Assembly (NCBI GenBank): GCA_021792255.1
Contig: JAJYUZ010000001.1
Coordinates: 192,001-256,000 of the forward strand
Length of the DNA: 64,000 nt
Direction: 5' to 3'
From: Thermoplasmata archaeon
GTDB taxonomy: Archaea > Thermoplasmatota > Thermoplasmata > Thermoplasmatales > GCA-001856825
The notes under the pieces are model-generated. The model saw only the letters and a program-made list of their open reading frames with translations, searched no databases and was not told the origin of the DNA. Numbering within the stretch: position 1 is the first letter of the stretch; each line of letters starts with the position of its first letter. The translations under genes and the position numbers were made by a program. Shown here one piece after another: positions 1 to 9,294 of the stretch.

Positions 1-697
1 GTACGTCGATAGTCTACTCGAGGATTATCAAATGATTGAGCGTTATATTTCTGACACTCGATCGTATTTAGAAAATGAGATTGAAAATGGAAAGAGGGTG
101 CTCTTCGAAACTGCACAGGGAACCTTTATTGATGTTGAATCCGGGACATATCCTTTTGTGACGTCGTCTTACACTACTTCGGGCGGAGTGACGGTAGGAA
201 CTGGACTTTCGCCCAGATATTTCAGCAAGTTTCTCGGAGTAGCCAAGGCGTACACAACGCGAGTCGGCGAGGGTATGTTTCCTACAGAGATGTTTGGTCA
301 AGAAGCAGATGTTTTGAGAAACTTTGGAAATGAATTTGGGACGACCACGGGAAGACCTAGGCGAGTTGGACACTTAGATATCCCAATGCTCAGAAGAGCT
401 GTCAAGCTGAACTCTCTCGACTATATCGCATTGACGAAAGTGGATGTATTGGGAAAGATGGATAGCATTAAGGTTGCAGTATCTTACGAATCTAATGGAT
501 CAGAGATAAAGGAATTCGATCCTTCAAGGGTTCCAGATAAAGTCAACTATGAGACCTTTAAGTCTTGGAGAGACGATGCAAGCAATTTGCAGAAGTATAT
601 AGATTTCATCCAGAGCGAGTTAAAAGTTCCTATAGTGTTGATCGGGACCGGAGAGAAAAGGGATGCAATAAAGGTCAACGGGCGGCTAGCTTTATGA
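1..697 (+). CDS. purA: Adenylosuccinate synthetase, 3' portion (gene begins upstream of the window)
   Basis: Motifs GTYPFVTSS, KAYTTRVGEG, EFGTTTGRPRRVG and LTKVD; the frame is open from position 2. Confidence 0.95.
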   Translation, partial: YVDSLLEDYQMIERYISDTRSYLENEIENGKRVLFETAQGTFIDVESGTYPFVTSSYTTSGGVTVGTGLSPRYFSKFLGVAKAYTTRVGEGMFPTEMFGQEADVLRNFGNEFGTTTGRPRRVGHLDIPMLRRAVKLNSLDYIALTKVDVLGKMDSIKVAVSYESNGSEIKEFDPSRVPDKVNYETFKSWRDDASNLQKYIDFIQSELKVPIVLIGTGEKRDAIKVNGRLAL

Positions 698-786
698 CAA
701 TCGTCCACAATTAGCGGAATCAAGTATTGTAGCCTGCCCTAGCAAAATTCCATAACATTTATAGATAAAGGATAATTCATAAAATA

Positions 787-1215
787 GTGAAGAGGCACTT
801 TCTATCGAAGAGGGAGACCAAAGAATTTAAAGTTCTTCTGGATAGTTTTGGTATATCGGTGGAATCTAAAACTCTCGAAATTGAGGAAAACGACCGCTCA
901 ACAATCTACGACGGTGCGACACCAATCTTGGTAAAGTACCAAGATAAATGGCTGCCGACAATGAAAATCATGAAGTTCAAGGACTTTCCAAGAGTAGTCA
1001 TCGATCAGGGCGCGTATAACGGAATTAAGAACGGTGCTAACTTGTATTCTGCGGGGATAAAGAATGTCGTTGGAAATCTCAAAAGGGGGTCTACGTGCAT
1101 TATAGAAGATGTTACTGGAAGACAGATAGGTTCTGCATCTGTAGAGTCAGATGAGACAGAAATTCGGAGCAAGAAAAAGGGATCCTACCTCAAAGTCTAT
1201 GAGCTATATCGCTAG
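787..1215 (+). CDS. PUA-domain RNA-binding protein (MCT-1/Tma20-like)
   Basis: N-terminal KRHFLSKRE, then PT...VVIDQGA..IKNGANLYSAGI, a PUA-type motif. Confidence 0.8.
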   Translation: MKRHFLSKRETKEFKVLLDSFGISVESKTLEIEENDRSTIYDGATPILVKYQDKWLPTMKIMKFKDFPRVVIDQGAYNGIKNGANLYSAGIKNVVGNLKRGSTCIIEDVTGRQIGSASVESDETEIRSKKKGSYLKVYELYR

Positions 1216-1311
1216 CTTCGCTTAGTTTAATAAAGCTATCAAAAACTTACGAGAACCAGTTTCAGTACCTCCAAGAAGAAGGATTAAATATGCGTCTCTG
1301 CCTAAAGAACT

Positions 1312-2250
1312 GTGAATCTGATCGACCTTCATCAAGATATGGCAATTACTTCTCAGAGGGCAGATGTGATTTCTTCGACAGAGCAATCTAACATTGAGGC
1401 CTTGAGGAAATTTGAGAATGTACTCGTATTCGGAGTAAGCTTCCCGCACATTTCTGTAATCAATGATAGGGGAGAGGAACTAAGCAAACAATATAGAACT
1501 CAATCGAGGGCAACTGTAGCCATCTGGGAAGATTTGATGGAACAATTGAAGTTCTATAAGTACGTAGAAAGAAAGAGGCTTGTATCTATCGTCCTGAGCA
1601 ATAAGGACCTGGAAATCAACGGAACCAAGATTCTCTTAAGCTTGGAAGGAACGGATTGTTTAAGAGATCCGTATGACTTATTTCTTCTAAAAGATCTGGG
1701 ACTTAGAAGTATCGGTCTTACCTGGAATTATGACACAAAGTTTGCCTCAGCCGCAATGTCAAAGAAAGATTATGGTTTGACAGGATTTGGTGAAGAACTA
1801 GTCACGTTTTCTAATGAACAGAACGTCATAGTTGACTTGGCTCACGCAAGCAGGAACACAATTTTAGATACTTGTGCATTGACCACGAAGCCGGTCATCT
1901 CTTCGCACGGAAATATAAAGGCAGTCCATGATCACGTTAGAAATCTTGACGATGAATGCATAGAAGCAATATCCAAGACGGGTGGAGTTGTTGGAATAAC
2001 TGCTATCAGAACGACACTAAGTAATGACCCATCTATTGACGATCTTGTGAGACATATGGAGTATGTCGGCGATAATTTTGGATGGGAGCACGTTGCTCTT
2101 GGAACCGATTTTCTGGGCATTGACGAGACTCCGAGAGGATTTGAGAACGTCTCAAAGGTAGCAGCGCTTTCAAATCTACTTGGCTCGCACTCGAAACAAG
2201 TGCTATGGGACAATCCTCTAAGGGTAATAAGCAAAGTACTTCCCGTCTGA
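1312..2250 (+). CDS. Membrane dipeptidase (peptidase M19) family
   Basis: Motifs DLHQD, SLEG, GLTWN, GLTGFG, VDLAH, SH, RNLDD and LGTDFLG. Confidence 0.9.
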   Translation: MNLIDLHQDMAITSQRADVISSTEQSNIEALRKFENVLVFGVSFPHISVINDRGEELSKQYRTQSRATVAIWEDLMEQLKFYKYVERKRLVSIVLSNKDLEINGTKILLSLEGTDCLRDPYDLFLLKDLGLRSIGLTWNYDTKFASAAMSKKDYGLTGFGEELVTFSNEQNVIVDLAHASRNTILDTCALTTKPVISSHGNIKAVHDHVRNLDDECIEAISKTGGVVGITAIRTTLSNDPSIDDLVRHMEYVGDNFGWEHVALGTDFLGIDETPRGFENVSKVAALSNLLGSHSKQVLWDNPLRVISKVLPV

Positions 2251-2289
2251 GTCACTCTTTTTGTCCCCTAAGAAAAACTTACGGTCGAC

Positions 2290-2448
2290 TTATTTTCCAA
2301 ATTTGACCCGAAATCTTTTGGTATATGCCGAAAATTTTGCAATATCCAAATTACAACCTTGGTGAGTTGAGCACCACTTGAAACACTCCAAGCTAAGCTC
2401 TTCCTTTGGATAATGTAGGTGACGGACTTCGCATTCAAACACCTTCAT
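2290..2448 (-). CDS. 52-aa Cys/His-rich putative zinc-binding microprotein (not in the ORF track)
   Basis: Manual translation gives MKVFECEVRHLHYPKEELSLECFKWCSTHQGCNLDIAKFSAYTKRFRVKFGK*, with a CxxxH..Y..CxxWCxxHxxC pattern. Confidence 0.6.
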   Translation of the reverse strand: MKVFECEVRHLHYPKEELSLECFKWCSTHQGCNLDIAKFSAYTKRFRVKFGK

Positions 2449-2521
2449 AATGCTCGCATCCAATTAGCAGAGTGATCGTATTGATTCAGCTTCTGATTCT
2501 CCACAGTGTGCGACCCTGGAT

Positions 2522-2809
2522 TTAAAGGAATTTAAGAGCTTCCCTTCCCTTCATTCCCTCTCTCACACCTAATTCTCTTGCTTTTGCGCTGATTTTCGTA
2601 ACTTCCTTGTTTAGGAGGTCATCAAACGAGTTCACGCCCGATATGGAAACGGCAATCGCACCGGACTTGTCTGCTGCTTCCATGTTGAGATAGCCACACA
2701 TCAGGAAGCCCTTATTTCCGTTTATGATTACGACAGGAGCAGGCTTTGTTTCAACTTTTAAACCAGTGTAAACTTCTTCCCCTATCTTAATGCTTTCAAT
2801 TTGTATCAT
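2522..2809 (-). CDS. YunC/DUF1805 family protein
   Basis: Motifs KGFLMCGYLN, GVNSFDDLL and GVREGMKGREAL; overlaps the polB2 stop by 14 nt. Confidence 0.85.
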   Translation of the reverse strand: MIQIESIKIGEEVYTGLKVETKPAPVVIINGNKGFLMCGYLNMEAADKSGAIAVSISGVNSFDDLLNKEVTKISAKARELGVREGMKGREALKFL

Positions 2810-4778
2810 AATCTTCTATTCTCCTTTGGTGTATTATGGGTTGATACTTAAAAGGGTACGATATGCTTTCCCAGGCCATTTCAAGTTTCCTAAGATAGTA
2901 ATTCTTGTCGTATCTGTTCTCAAGATTCTCTATATCTACTATTCCTCTCCTTTCGTCTATTACAAACATTGATACTTTATCACCTGGACCAGCTTCCCGT
3001 GCCTTTTCTACGGCTTTCCTTCTAATCCCATTGACCTTGTAAAATTCAGGTCGGCGCGTCTCAATTATCGATACTTTCAAGTCTGAATCTTCGACCTTCC
3101 CGTTTATTATTTTATTTCTATAGGAGTCGTATACCTTTCTGACTTTCTCATAGTATTTATGAAAGTCTTCTAATCTTGACACTCTGGAATAAATTTTCAG
3201 AATGTCATCCTGCATCTGCTTACAGATGTTTGGGAAATCGGTCCTCCTCAATTCAATCCCCCTGACCTTGAACTTTCCATCGTTCATTAGGCCGAAATAC
3301 CTGTTCAGAGCTCCACTCCCGTCTCTTGCTGGAAGGAAAACGATCCACTTATAGAATCCTTCAAGTGAAATTTTCAAACTGCTCATCTCTTCTATCTTCT
3401 TCTTCACTCTGACAATGTCACCTTCTCCCTGAAGCCAGAGGGAGTCTACGATCCCATGTATTACTTTAAACCCCTCGTCTTCAGCTATCTTCACACTGTC
3501 AGTAAGTATTTTTCTTCCGATACTAGTTATTGATTCGTGGACTTCTATTCTCCCAAACTTTGCGTTCTTATAACCCGTATACCCAAATGAGGTCAACAAG
3601 AGCCATTTCAGGACGGCGTCTCTTCTCCTGTATCTCTCATCAACATTCTTTTTACCTTTGTAGTATAATCGAAGTTCTAGTAGATCGGATAGAAACTCCG
3701 AGAGCATTCCCCTCTTATCCATGCAGATTTCATACCCTAGGTCATCTATAACTCTCACATTTTTGCACTTTACATTAATGGTTTCAGGCGATAGGTTGTA
3801 ATTCACTATTATTGAAGGGTACATTGAACTGAAATCGATTTCAAACACACCCTCATAAACACCAGGAATCGGTTGAAGATACAGCCCACCCTTATCAGCG
3901 TTAATGAACGTATCCAAATTTTTTATCAACTCGTGATCGTCTTTGTAGAGTGGGATCATTATTCCTCTTTCGAGGGATTTCCTAACTTCATACGAAGACA
4001 CAGCAGTTCCCGGAGTGATTCGTGCAGAGTGGAAGATCGGTAGGGAAGTGATTTTTGATATAGTAGTTAGACCCTCGAGTCCTCCCTCACTGAAGATGAA
4101 AGATGTATCCCGGTCTATGTGAGGAATTCCATAGATGATAAAGCCGCTAGTTCTGTGACTGATTCTACCATACGAAGTAAACGTCCTTTCCTTGCTTCTG
4201 GAAGTTTTGATACAATATCCTCGGAATTTTGCTGCGGTAAAGAACTCTGGAAAGTACTTGTCGCCTCCATCTGAAATTATTATATTGGCATCTTTCATGC
4301 TTGAAAAGAAGTAATCAAGAGAGGAAGGGAGATTTGTGAACAGCTGGCCATCAATTTCGATCTCCTCTAAGGAATCTATAAATTTTATGTCAAGAACATT
4401 GAGGTCTGGTATCTCGAAGTCCATTCTCTCATCATCGCTGAAAAAATGAAGGTTGTTCTTGACCATGAATGACTGAACAACGTTTATGTCTGCGTTATAT
4501 ATTTTGTAATCTCTAAAATTCCCTATCTTTTCTATTGCCAAAATTACGTCGCGTATCTTGTTAGGCGGGAGACTAATGCTCACGACCTTTTTGCTTGAGA
4601 AAATATCACTTTGTTCGTCCAATTTCCACTTTATCCACGGTACAAGATCTAGCTCATCAGTTACCCTCTCCATCCGGTCTCCGGTCACATAAATAGTGTG
4701 GTCGTAATTCCACTTCTTTATCGTTTTATTTTCATCGATAGTGTAGAGAGTCTTGCCACCCCATGCATCCACGATCAT
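2796..4778 (-). CDS. polB2: Family B DNA polymerase, PolB2 group
   Basis: Motif A DFSSMYPSII, motif B KWLLLTSFGY, and motif C HGIVDS (the PolB2-type variant of YGDTDS); the exonuclease region is degenerate. Confidence 0.9.
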   Translation of the reverse strand: MIVDAWGGKTLYTIDENKTIKKWNYDHTIYVTGDRMERVTDELDLVPWIKWKLDEQSDIFSSKKVVSISLPPNKIRDVILAIEKIGNFRDYKIYNADINVVQSFMVKNNLHFFSDDERMDFEIPDLNVLDIKFIDSLEEIEIDGQLFTNLPSSLDYFFSSMKDANIIISDGGDKYFPEFFTAAKFRGYCIKTSRSKERTFTSYGRISHRTSGFIIYGIPHIDRDTSFIFSEGGLEGLTTISKITSLPIFHSARITPGTAVSSYEVRKSLERGIMIPLYKDDHELIKNLDTFINADKGGLYLQPIPGVYEGVFEIDFSSMYPSIIVNYNLSPETINVKCKNVRVIDDLGYEICMDKRGMLSEFLSDLLELRLYYKGKKNVDERYRRRDAVLKWLLLTSFGYTGYKNAKFGRIEVHESITSIGRKILTDSVKIAEDEGFKVIHGIVDSLWLQGEGDIVRVKKKIEEMSSLKISLEGFYKWIVFLPARDGSGALNRYFGLMNDGKFKVRGIELRRTDFPNICKQMQDDILKIYSRVSRLEDFHKYYEKVRKVYDSYRNKIINGKVEDSDLKVSIIETRRPEFYKVNGIRRKAVEKAREAGPGDKVSMFVIDERRGIVDIENLENRYDKNYYLRKLEMAWESISYPFKYQPIIHQRRIEDYDTN

Positions 4779-4993
4779 TTTAGTTCTTTTCTGATTTCTA
4801 TCAGGGTAAATAGGAGAAAAATGAAATAAGGATCTAAACTTGTTATCGAACCCTCTGGGATGTGAAGTTTGGTCTTTCTAATGAAGTCTTCAACCATCTC
4901 CCTATCCTCATTCTTCATCAATCTTTCTGCTTTTCTTATCTCTTCTGTTATACTCTCTATTTCCATTCTGAGAGTAGGGGTGTTTCTTCCCAT
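4775..4993 (-). CDS. Small PolB2-associated protein (arCOG07300-like); probable start MGRNTPTLR at 4993
   Basis: The MGRxxPxxR N-terminus and helical body are typical of the small gene upstream of polB2; ATGA overlap with polB2. Confidence 0.75.
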   Translation of the reverse strand: MGRNTPTLRMEIESITEEIRKAERLMKNEDREMVEDFIRKTKLHIPEGSITSLDPYFIFLLFTLIEIRKELK

Positions 4994-5427
4994 TTTTTGA
5001 CTACCTCGAATATTTTTCTGTGGAATACATTCTCTAACCATGGTGGTCTGAACTCTTCATCTTCAACTAAATATAGAATGCTGGGTGTTTCGGTTCTTCT
5101 CGATATCCCTTCCAAGGCACTTGATATGTTAAGCAATACGTCTTCCTTCCATTCCTTTAGTTCGGATAGCCTAACAACGATGAAAATTGAGAAATCGTCA
5201 TAGTAAAAATCCTCAAGTATAGTCTTTTGGAACTGGTACATGTTGAGTATTCTCTGTATGTATAATCGATCGCCCAATTTTCTCTTTAGATAATGGGCAT
5301 CAACAAACACTCCGTCTCCAAGAAGTAATAATGTCTTTCCATAGCTATTAACAAAGTCTTCTAAGAGCATTGAATTAAACTCTTCCATTTCCATTAAATA
5401 TGAGTGTCTTGGATTTGCCCTGAACAT
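4957..5427 (-). CDS. Degenerate RadA/RecA-fold protein of the PolB2 cassette
   Basis: The segment GDGVFVDAH...RLYIQRILNMYQF resembles the RadA core (i.i.Ra.t.yq). No Walker A motif; lies upstream of polB2. Confidence 0.55.
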   Translation of the reverse strand: MFRANPRHSYLMEMEEFNSMLLEDFVNSYGKTLLLLGDGVFVDAHYLKRKLGDRLYIQRILNMYQFQKTILEDFYYDDFSIFIVVRLSELKEWKEDVLLNISSALEGISRRTETPSILYLVEDEEFRPPWLENVFHRKIFEVVKKWEETPLLSEWK

Positions 5428-5540
5428 GAGTAAAAATCCGTAAATCTATATATTAACTTTATACACCTCTATAAAAAATGAAAAAATTGAAAAAATGAAT
5501 TGTCCATAAAGGAAATAAACGGCTTTGGATTGCGAGACTA

Positions 5541-6062
5541 ATGATAGAACTCGTTCCAATGAATGAAAAGGAACTGGCAGACTACATCAAGACATCAGTA
5601 CAAAATTATGCAAATGAAAAGGTCAAATCCGGAAACTGGGATCGAAGTGACGCAATAGAAAGGTCGAAGAAGGAATTTGACAAACTCCTCCCAGACGGAT
5701 TAAACACGCGAGGACAATACCTTTTCACCGTAAAGGACAGAACAGCAAACAAAAATGTAGGCATGATTTGGGTCGGAATAAGAGACTATGGTGACGAAGT
5801 CTCCGGGGCATGGATCTGGGACTTCTTAATAAATGATGAAGAAAGGCGTAAGGGCTACGGGACAGAAACACTCAGTGCACTAGAAAGAGTCCTAGTTAAT
5901 CTGGGTCAAAAAAGAGTATCCCTGCACGTATTTGGTCACAACGGAGCTGCAATTGACCTATATAAGAAGGTTGGATACGAGGTCACTAACATAGTCATGT
6001 CAAAAGATCTGAAGCTGAATCAGAACACACAACGGATGGAAGAAAATAAGGATAAAAAATAA
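5541..6062 (+). CDS. GNAT family acetyltransferase
   Basis: Acetyl-CoA motif RRKGYG plus LHVFGHN and LYKKVGY. Confidence 0.9.
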   Translation: MIELVPMNEKELADYIKTSVQNYANEKVKSGNWDRSDAIERSKKEFDKLLPDGLNTRGQYLFTVKDRTANKNVGMIWVGIRDYGDEVSGAWIWDFLINDEERRKGYGTETLSALERVLVNLGQKRVSLHVFGHNGAAIDLYKKVGYEVTNIVMSKDLKLNQNTQRMEENKDKK

Positions 6063-6086
6063 AGGAAATAGAAGTTTGGCAGGTTT

Positions 6087-7364
6087 TCAATACCATCCAC
6101 GAATTTTCATTGCTTTTGCGACTCTGTCAACAGCTAGGATATAAGCGGCCATTCTGGGGGTAGTGTTGTATTTTGCCATCGTTTCAGTAGTTTCCCAGAA
6201 ACTCTTCGACACCTTCCTGTCCAGTTTGCTGTAGACTTCGTCGATGTCCCAGTAGAACCCGTTAATGTTTTGAACCCACTCGAAGTAGGAAACAATAACT
6301 CCGCCAGAATTTGCGAGGAAATCTGGGACGTCAAACACTTTGTTCTTCGCAAGTATCTCGTCCGCTTCAGGGGTAGTAGGCCCATTTGCCAGTTCGAGGA
6401 CGATCTTTGCCTTGACGTTCGCCGCATTCTTTGCTGTTATCTGATTTTCCAGCGCAGAAGGGATGAGAACGTCTACCTTCAGTTCAAGTAAATCTGCGTT
6501 TGAGATCTCTTTTGCGCCTTTGAAACCAACTACGCTACCGGTTTTTATCTTATGCGCTTTAACAGCCTCAAATTCGAGTCCATCTGCGTTGTATATTCCC
6601 CCCTTGCTATCGGAAACTGCTACCACTTTGGAGTGGAACAATTCACTTACGAGCTTGTGGGCGAATTCTCCGGCATTTCCGAAGCCCTGAATAGCTACCG
6701 TTGCCTTTCCTAGATCCACGTGGAGATGCTTTGCGGCCTCCCTCAGTATGAACATGCCCCCTCTCGCTGTTGCGTCCCCTCTTCCCAATGATCCGCCAAT
6801 TTCGAGAGGCTTGCCTGTTATGACTCCGGGAACATTATATCCCTCCATTACGGAATACTCGTCCATCATCCAGGCCATAATCTGCGGGGTTGTATAGACA
6901 TCAGGCGCTGGAATGTCGATATCTGGGCCGATGTATTCACCGATAGCTCTGACATATCCTCTTGACAATCTTTCGAGCTCTCCCAGACTCATCGTCTTGG
7001 GGTCGCAGATAACTCCTCCCTTTGCTCCTCCATACGGAATGTCTGCCAGGGAAGTTTTCCATGTCATCCACGCTGCAAGAGCCTTCACAGTTGAGAGACT
7101 CTCTTGCGGGTGGAATCTTATTCCTCCCTTGGTCGGTCCTCGCGCAAAGTTGTAATGGACTCTGAATCCAGTGAAAACTTTAGTAGATCCATTGTCCATC
7201 TTCACCGGCAATTGAACCTGAACCATGCTCATGGGCTCTCTTAAAATCGCAAGAGCCTGTGGGTCCAATTTCATAATTCCTGCAGCTTCGTCCAGTTGTT
7301 TTTGTGCAATTTTAAAGGGGTCAAGTTCTTCTGGTTTCTTATCACTTTTAGGTTGTTGCATCAT
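6087..7364 (-). CDS. gdhA: Glutamate dehydrogenase
   Basis: Motifs [35 protein letters not shown] and SYFEWVQN. Confidence 0.95.
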   Translation of the reverse strand: MMQQPKSDKKPEELDPFKIAQKQLDEAAGIMKLDPQALAILREPMSMVQVQLPVKMDNGSTKVFTGFRVHYNFARGPTKGGIRFHPQESLSTVKALAAWMTWKTSLADIPYGGAKGGVICDPKTMSLGELERLSRGYVRAIGEYIGPDIDIPAPDVYTTPQIMAWMMDEYSVMEGYNVPGVITGKPLEIGGSLGRGDATARGGMFILREAAKHLHVDLGKATVAIQGFGNAGEFAHKLVSELFHSKVVAVSDSKGGIYNADGLEFEAVKAHKIKTGSVVGFKGAKEISNADLLELKVDVLIPSALENQITAKNAANVKAKIVLELANGPTTPEADEILAKNKVFDVPDFLANSGGVIVSYFEWVQNINGFYWDIDEVYSKLDRKVSKSFWETTETMAKYNTTPRMAAYILAVDRVAKAMKIRGWY

Positions 7365-7498
7365 CGTTTCACCCGTAATGCCGGTCAGTATCGCATCTTA
7401 ATTCATAAAGGTTGTTAATTCATCAAGATTCAAGCCCTACGCTCCGAAATATTCACCAAAATTCACAAAGATTATTTTATGCTTCCTGATAAAGAATC

Positions 7499-8311
7499 AT
7501 GAAGGTAGACTTTTGGTTTACGGAATTTCAAAATGAGGATGTCAAATTTGGAGTGCGAACTAGGTCTCATTTATTCTCCAAGGAGTCTAAGTATCAGAAA
7601 ATCGACATATTTGATACTGAGTTCTATGGGAGAGTAATGGTTCTTGATGGATGCTTTATGGTAACAGAGAAGGACGAGTTCATGTATCAGGAGATGCTGT
7701 CACACCCCGCGATGGTGTCCCATCCAAATCCAAAGGATGTCTTGATTATTGGAGGTGGCGATGGTGGTGTTGCCCGGGAGGTTTTGAAATATCCTGTCAA
7801 AACGGTTGACCTGGTAGAGATTGATGAAGAAGTTATAGCCGCAGCTAAAGCCTACCTTCCAGGGCTGTCATCGTCATTTAAAGACGGCAGAGTCAAGGTC
7901 TACAACATGGACGCATTCGAGTTTGTAGACACCAACAGGAAATACGATGTGATTTTGGTTGATTCCACGGATCCCATTGGTTTCGCTGCGTCCCTGTTCT
8001 CAGACGTTTTCTACATGAAGGCGCACGATCTGCTCGATGAAAGTGGGATCATAGCTACCCAGAGCGGGTCGCCGTTCATGAACCCTGACTTCATAAAGAA
8101 AGCGTACAGAGGGCTCAAGGGACACTTTAAGACTGTCAGGCCATATCTTTCGTTCGTGCCAACCTATCCGTCCGGAATGTGGTCCTACGTGATGGCTACT
8201 GATGGTAAATTAGAGAAGCAGAGAAAGTTTAGTGGCAGATACATGAATGAAGAGATATACGGAGCTAGTTCCTCCTTGCCGGAATTCATAAAGAAAATAC
8301 TGGAAGAGTAG
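7499..8311 (+). CDS. speE: Spermidine synthase / polyamine aminopropyltransferase
   Basis: Motifs SKYQKI, IIGGGDGG, VEID, DSTDP and VPTYPSGMW. Confidence 0.93.
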   Translation: MKVDFWFTEFQNEDVKFGVRTRSHLFSKESKYQKIDIFDTEFYGRVMVLDGCFMVTEKDEFMYQEMLSHPAMVSHPNPKDVLIIGGGDGGVAREVLKYPVKTVDLVEIDEEVIAAAKAYLPGLSSSFKDGRVKVYNMDAFEFVDTNRKYDVILVDSTDPIGFAASLFSDVFYMKAHDLLDESGIIATQSGSPFMNPDFIKKAYRGLKGHFKTVRPYLSFVPTYPSGMWSYVMATDGKLEKQRKFSGRYMNEEIYGASSSLPEFIKKILEE

Positions 8312-8347
8312 TACCCCCCTGCTGCTCAAAGTGTGCCGATTTACGGT

Positions 8348-8725
8348 TTACCTTATCCTTAGTTGGGATTTCTTTTCCTCGTACCTCTTTCTAAAAGATG
8401 GTCCGAGTTTAGCCGAAATCACGTCCAAATCCCTTTCGTTCTTTACGAACGTTGCCTTGCTGTCAGAGTAAATCAGCTCCTCGAATTTTCTCCTTTCCGA
8501 AACGGTCACGGCGAGTAGGTAAGCGAAGTAAAGGAAACCTGCTAGCGACAAAATAAAGATGTAATATGACCAACCGCCTAGCGAAGTTAGAAAGGATTGG
8601 AAACTCAGAGGTAAAATGGTCAGGTTAAAGAAATACATTACCAATAGTACAAACAAGAAGAGCGTTATTGCCAACATCACCAGAGATATAGGAATCTTGA
8701 ATTCCTTATATTTGCCTCGTTCCAT
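8348..8725 (-). CDS. Small membrane protein (DUF3198-like)
   Basis: Two hydrophobic helices followed by a FEELI..SKATFVKN cytoplasmic tail. Confidence 0.6.
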   Translation of the reverse strand: MERGKYKEFKIPISLVMLAITLFLFVLLVMYFFNLTILPLSFQSFLTSLGGWSYYIFILSLAGFLYFAYLLAVTVSERRKFEELIYSDSKATFVKNERDLDVISAKLGPSFRKRYEEKKSQLRIR

Positions 8726-8745
8726 CCTTCAGGCATTTTAAAGGT

Positions 8746-9294
8746 CTATATTGTCTTTTTCTTGATGTACTTCAAAAAGGCCTGGGTAGCTTTCGATCTG
8801 TGGGAAATAGAATTCTTTTCCTCAGTTGTCATCTCTGCATAAGTTTCTTTGCGCTCGTCTGGAATAAATACTGGGTCGAACCCGAAGCCATTGGTCCCCC
8901 TTGGATCTGTCGCGATGAGACCTTGTGTTCTTCCCGTAAAGAGATTCAGCTTGTCATCAAAGTACGCTATGCAGGTTCGAAACTCCGCACTCCGTTCCGT
9001 CTTGCCTTTCATTAAGTCCAGTATGCCTACATTACCGAGGGTCCTAAAGACGTATGAAGAATACACACCGGGAAATCCATTGAGCGTCTTTATAAACAGC
9101 CCAGAATCATCAATGAAGAAATCCGTTTTAAGCGTTCCTCTCAGGTAAAGAGTCGATCTCTCCGCGACTTCTTCTATCGTGTCCAGTTGCTCTTCCGGAT
9201 AGCTCATCAAGAGAAGTTCAAGCTCAATTCCAACATCTCTGAGCATCTCTTTGTATTCAGAGTATTTCCCCCTATTCGAAGTCACTATTATCAG
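8746..9294 (-). CDS. rdgB: Non-canonical purine NTP pyrophosphatase (Ham1/RdgB); start probably CTG at 9294 rather than GTG at 9285
   Basis: Motifs TSNRGK, DDSGL, GFPGVYS, GFGFDPVF and SHRSKA. Confidence 0.92.
   Translation of the reverse strand: MIIVTSNRGKYSEYKEMLRDVGIELELLLMSYPEEQLDTIEEVAERSTLYLRGTLKTDFFIDDSGLFIKTLNGFPGVYSSYVFRTLGNVGILDLMKGKTERSAEFRTCIAYFDDKLNLFTGRTQGLIATDPRGTNGFGFDPVFIPDERKETYAEMTTEEKNSISHRSKATQAFLKYIKKKTI

Noticed and set aside
1241-2283. 11-bp direct repeat AAAAACTTACG (1241-1251 and 2273-2283) flanking the dipeptidase gene
   Set aside because: A-rich and short, with no terminal inverted repeats or mobility gene; plausibly chance.
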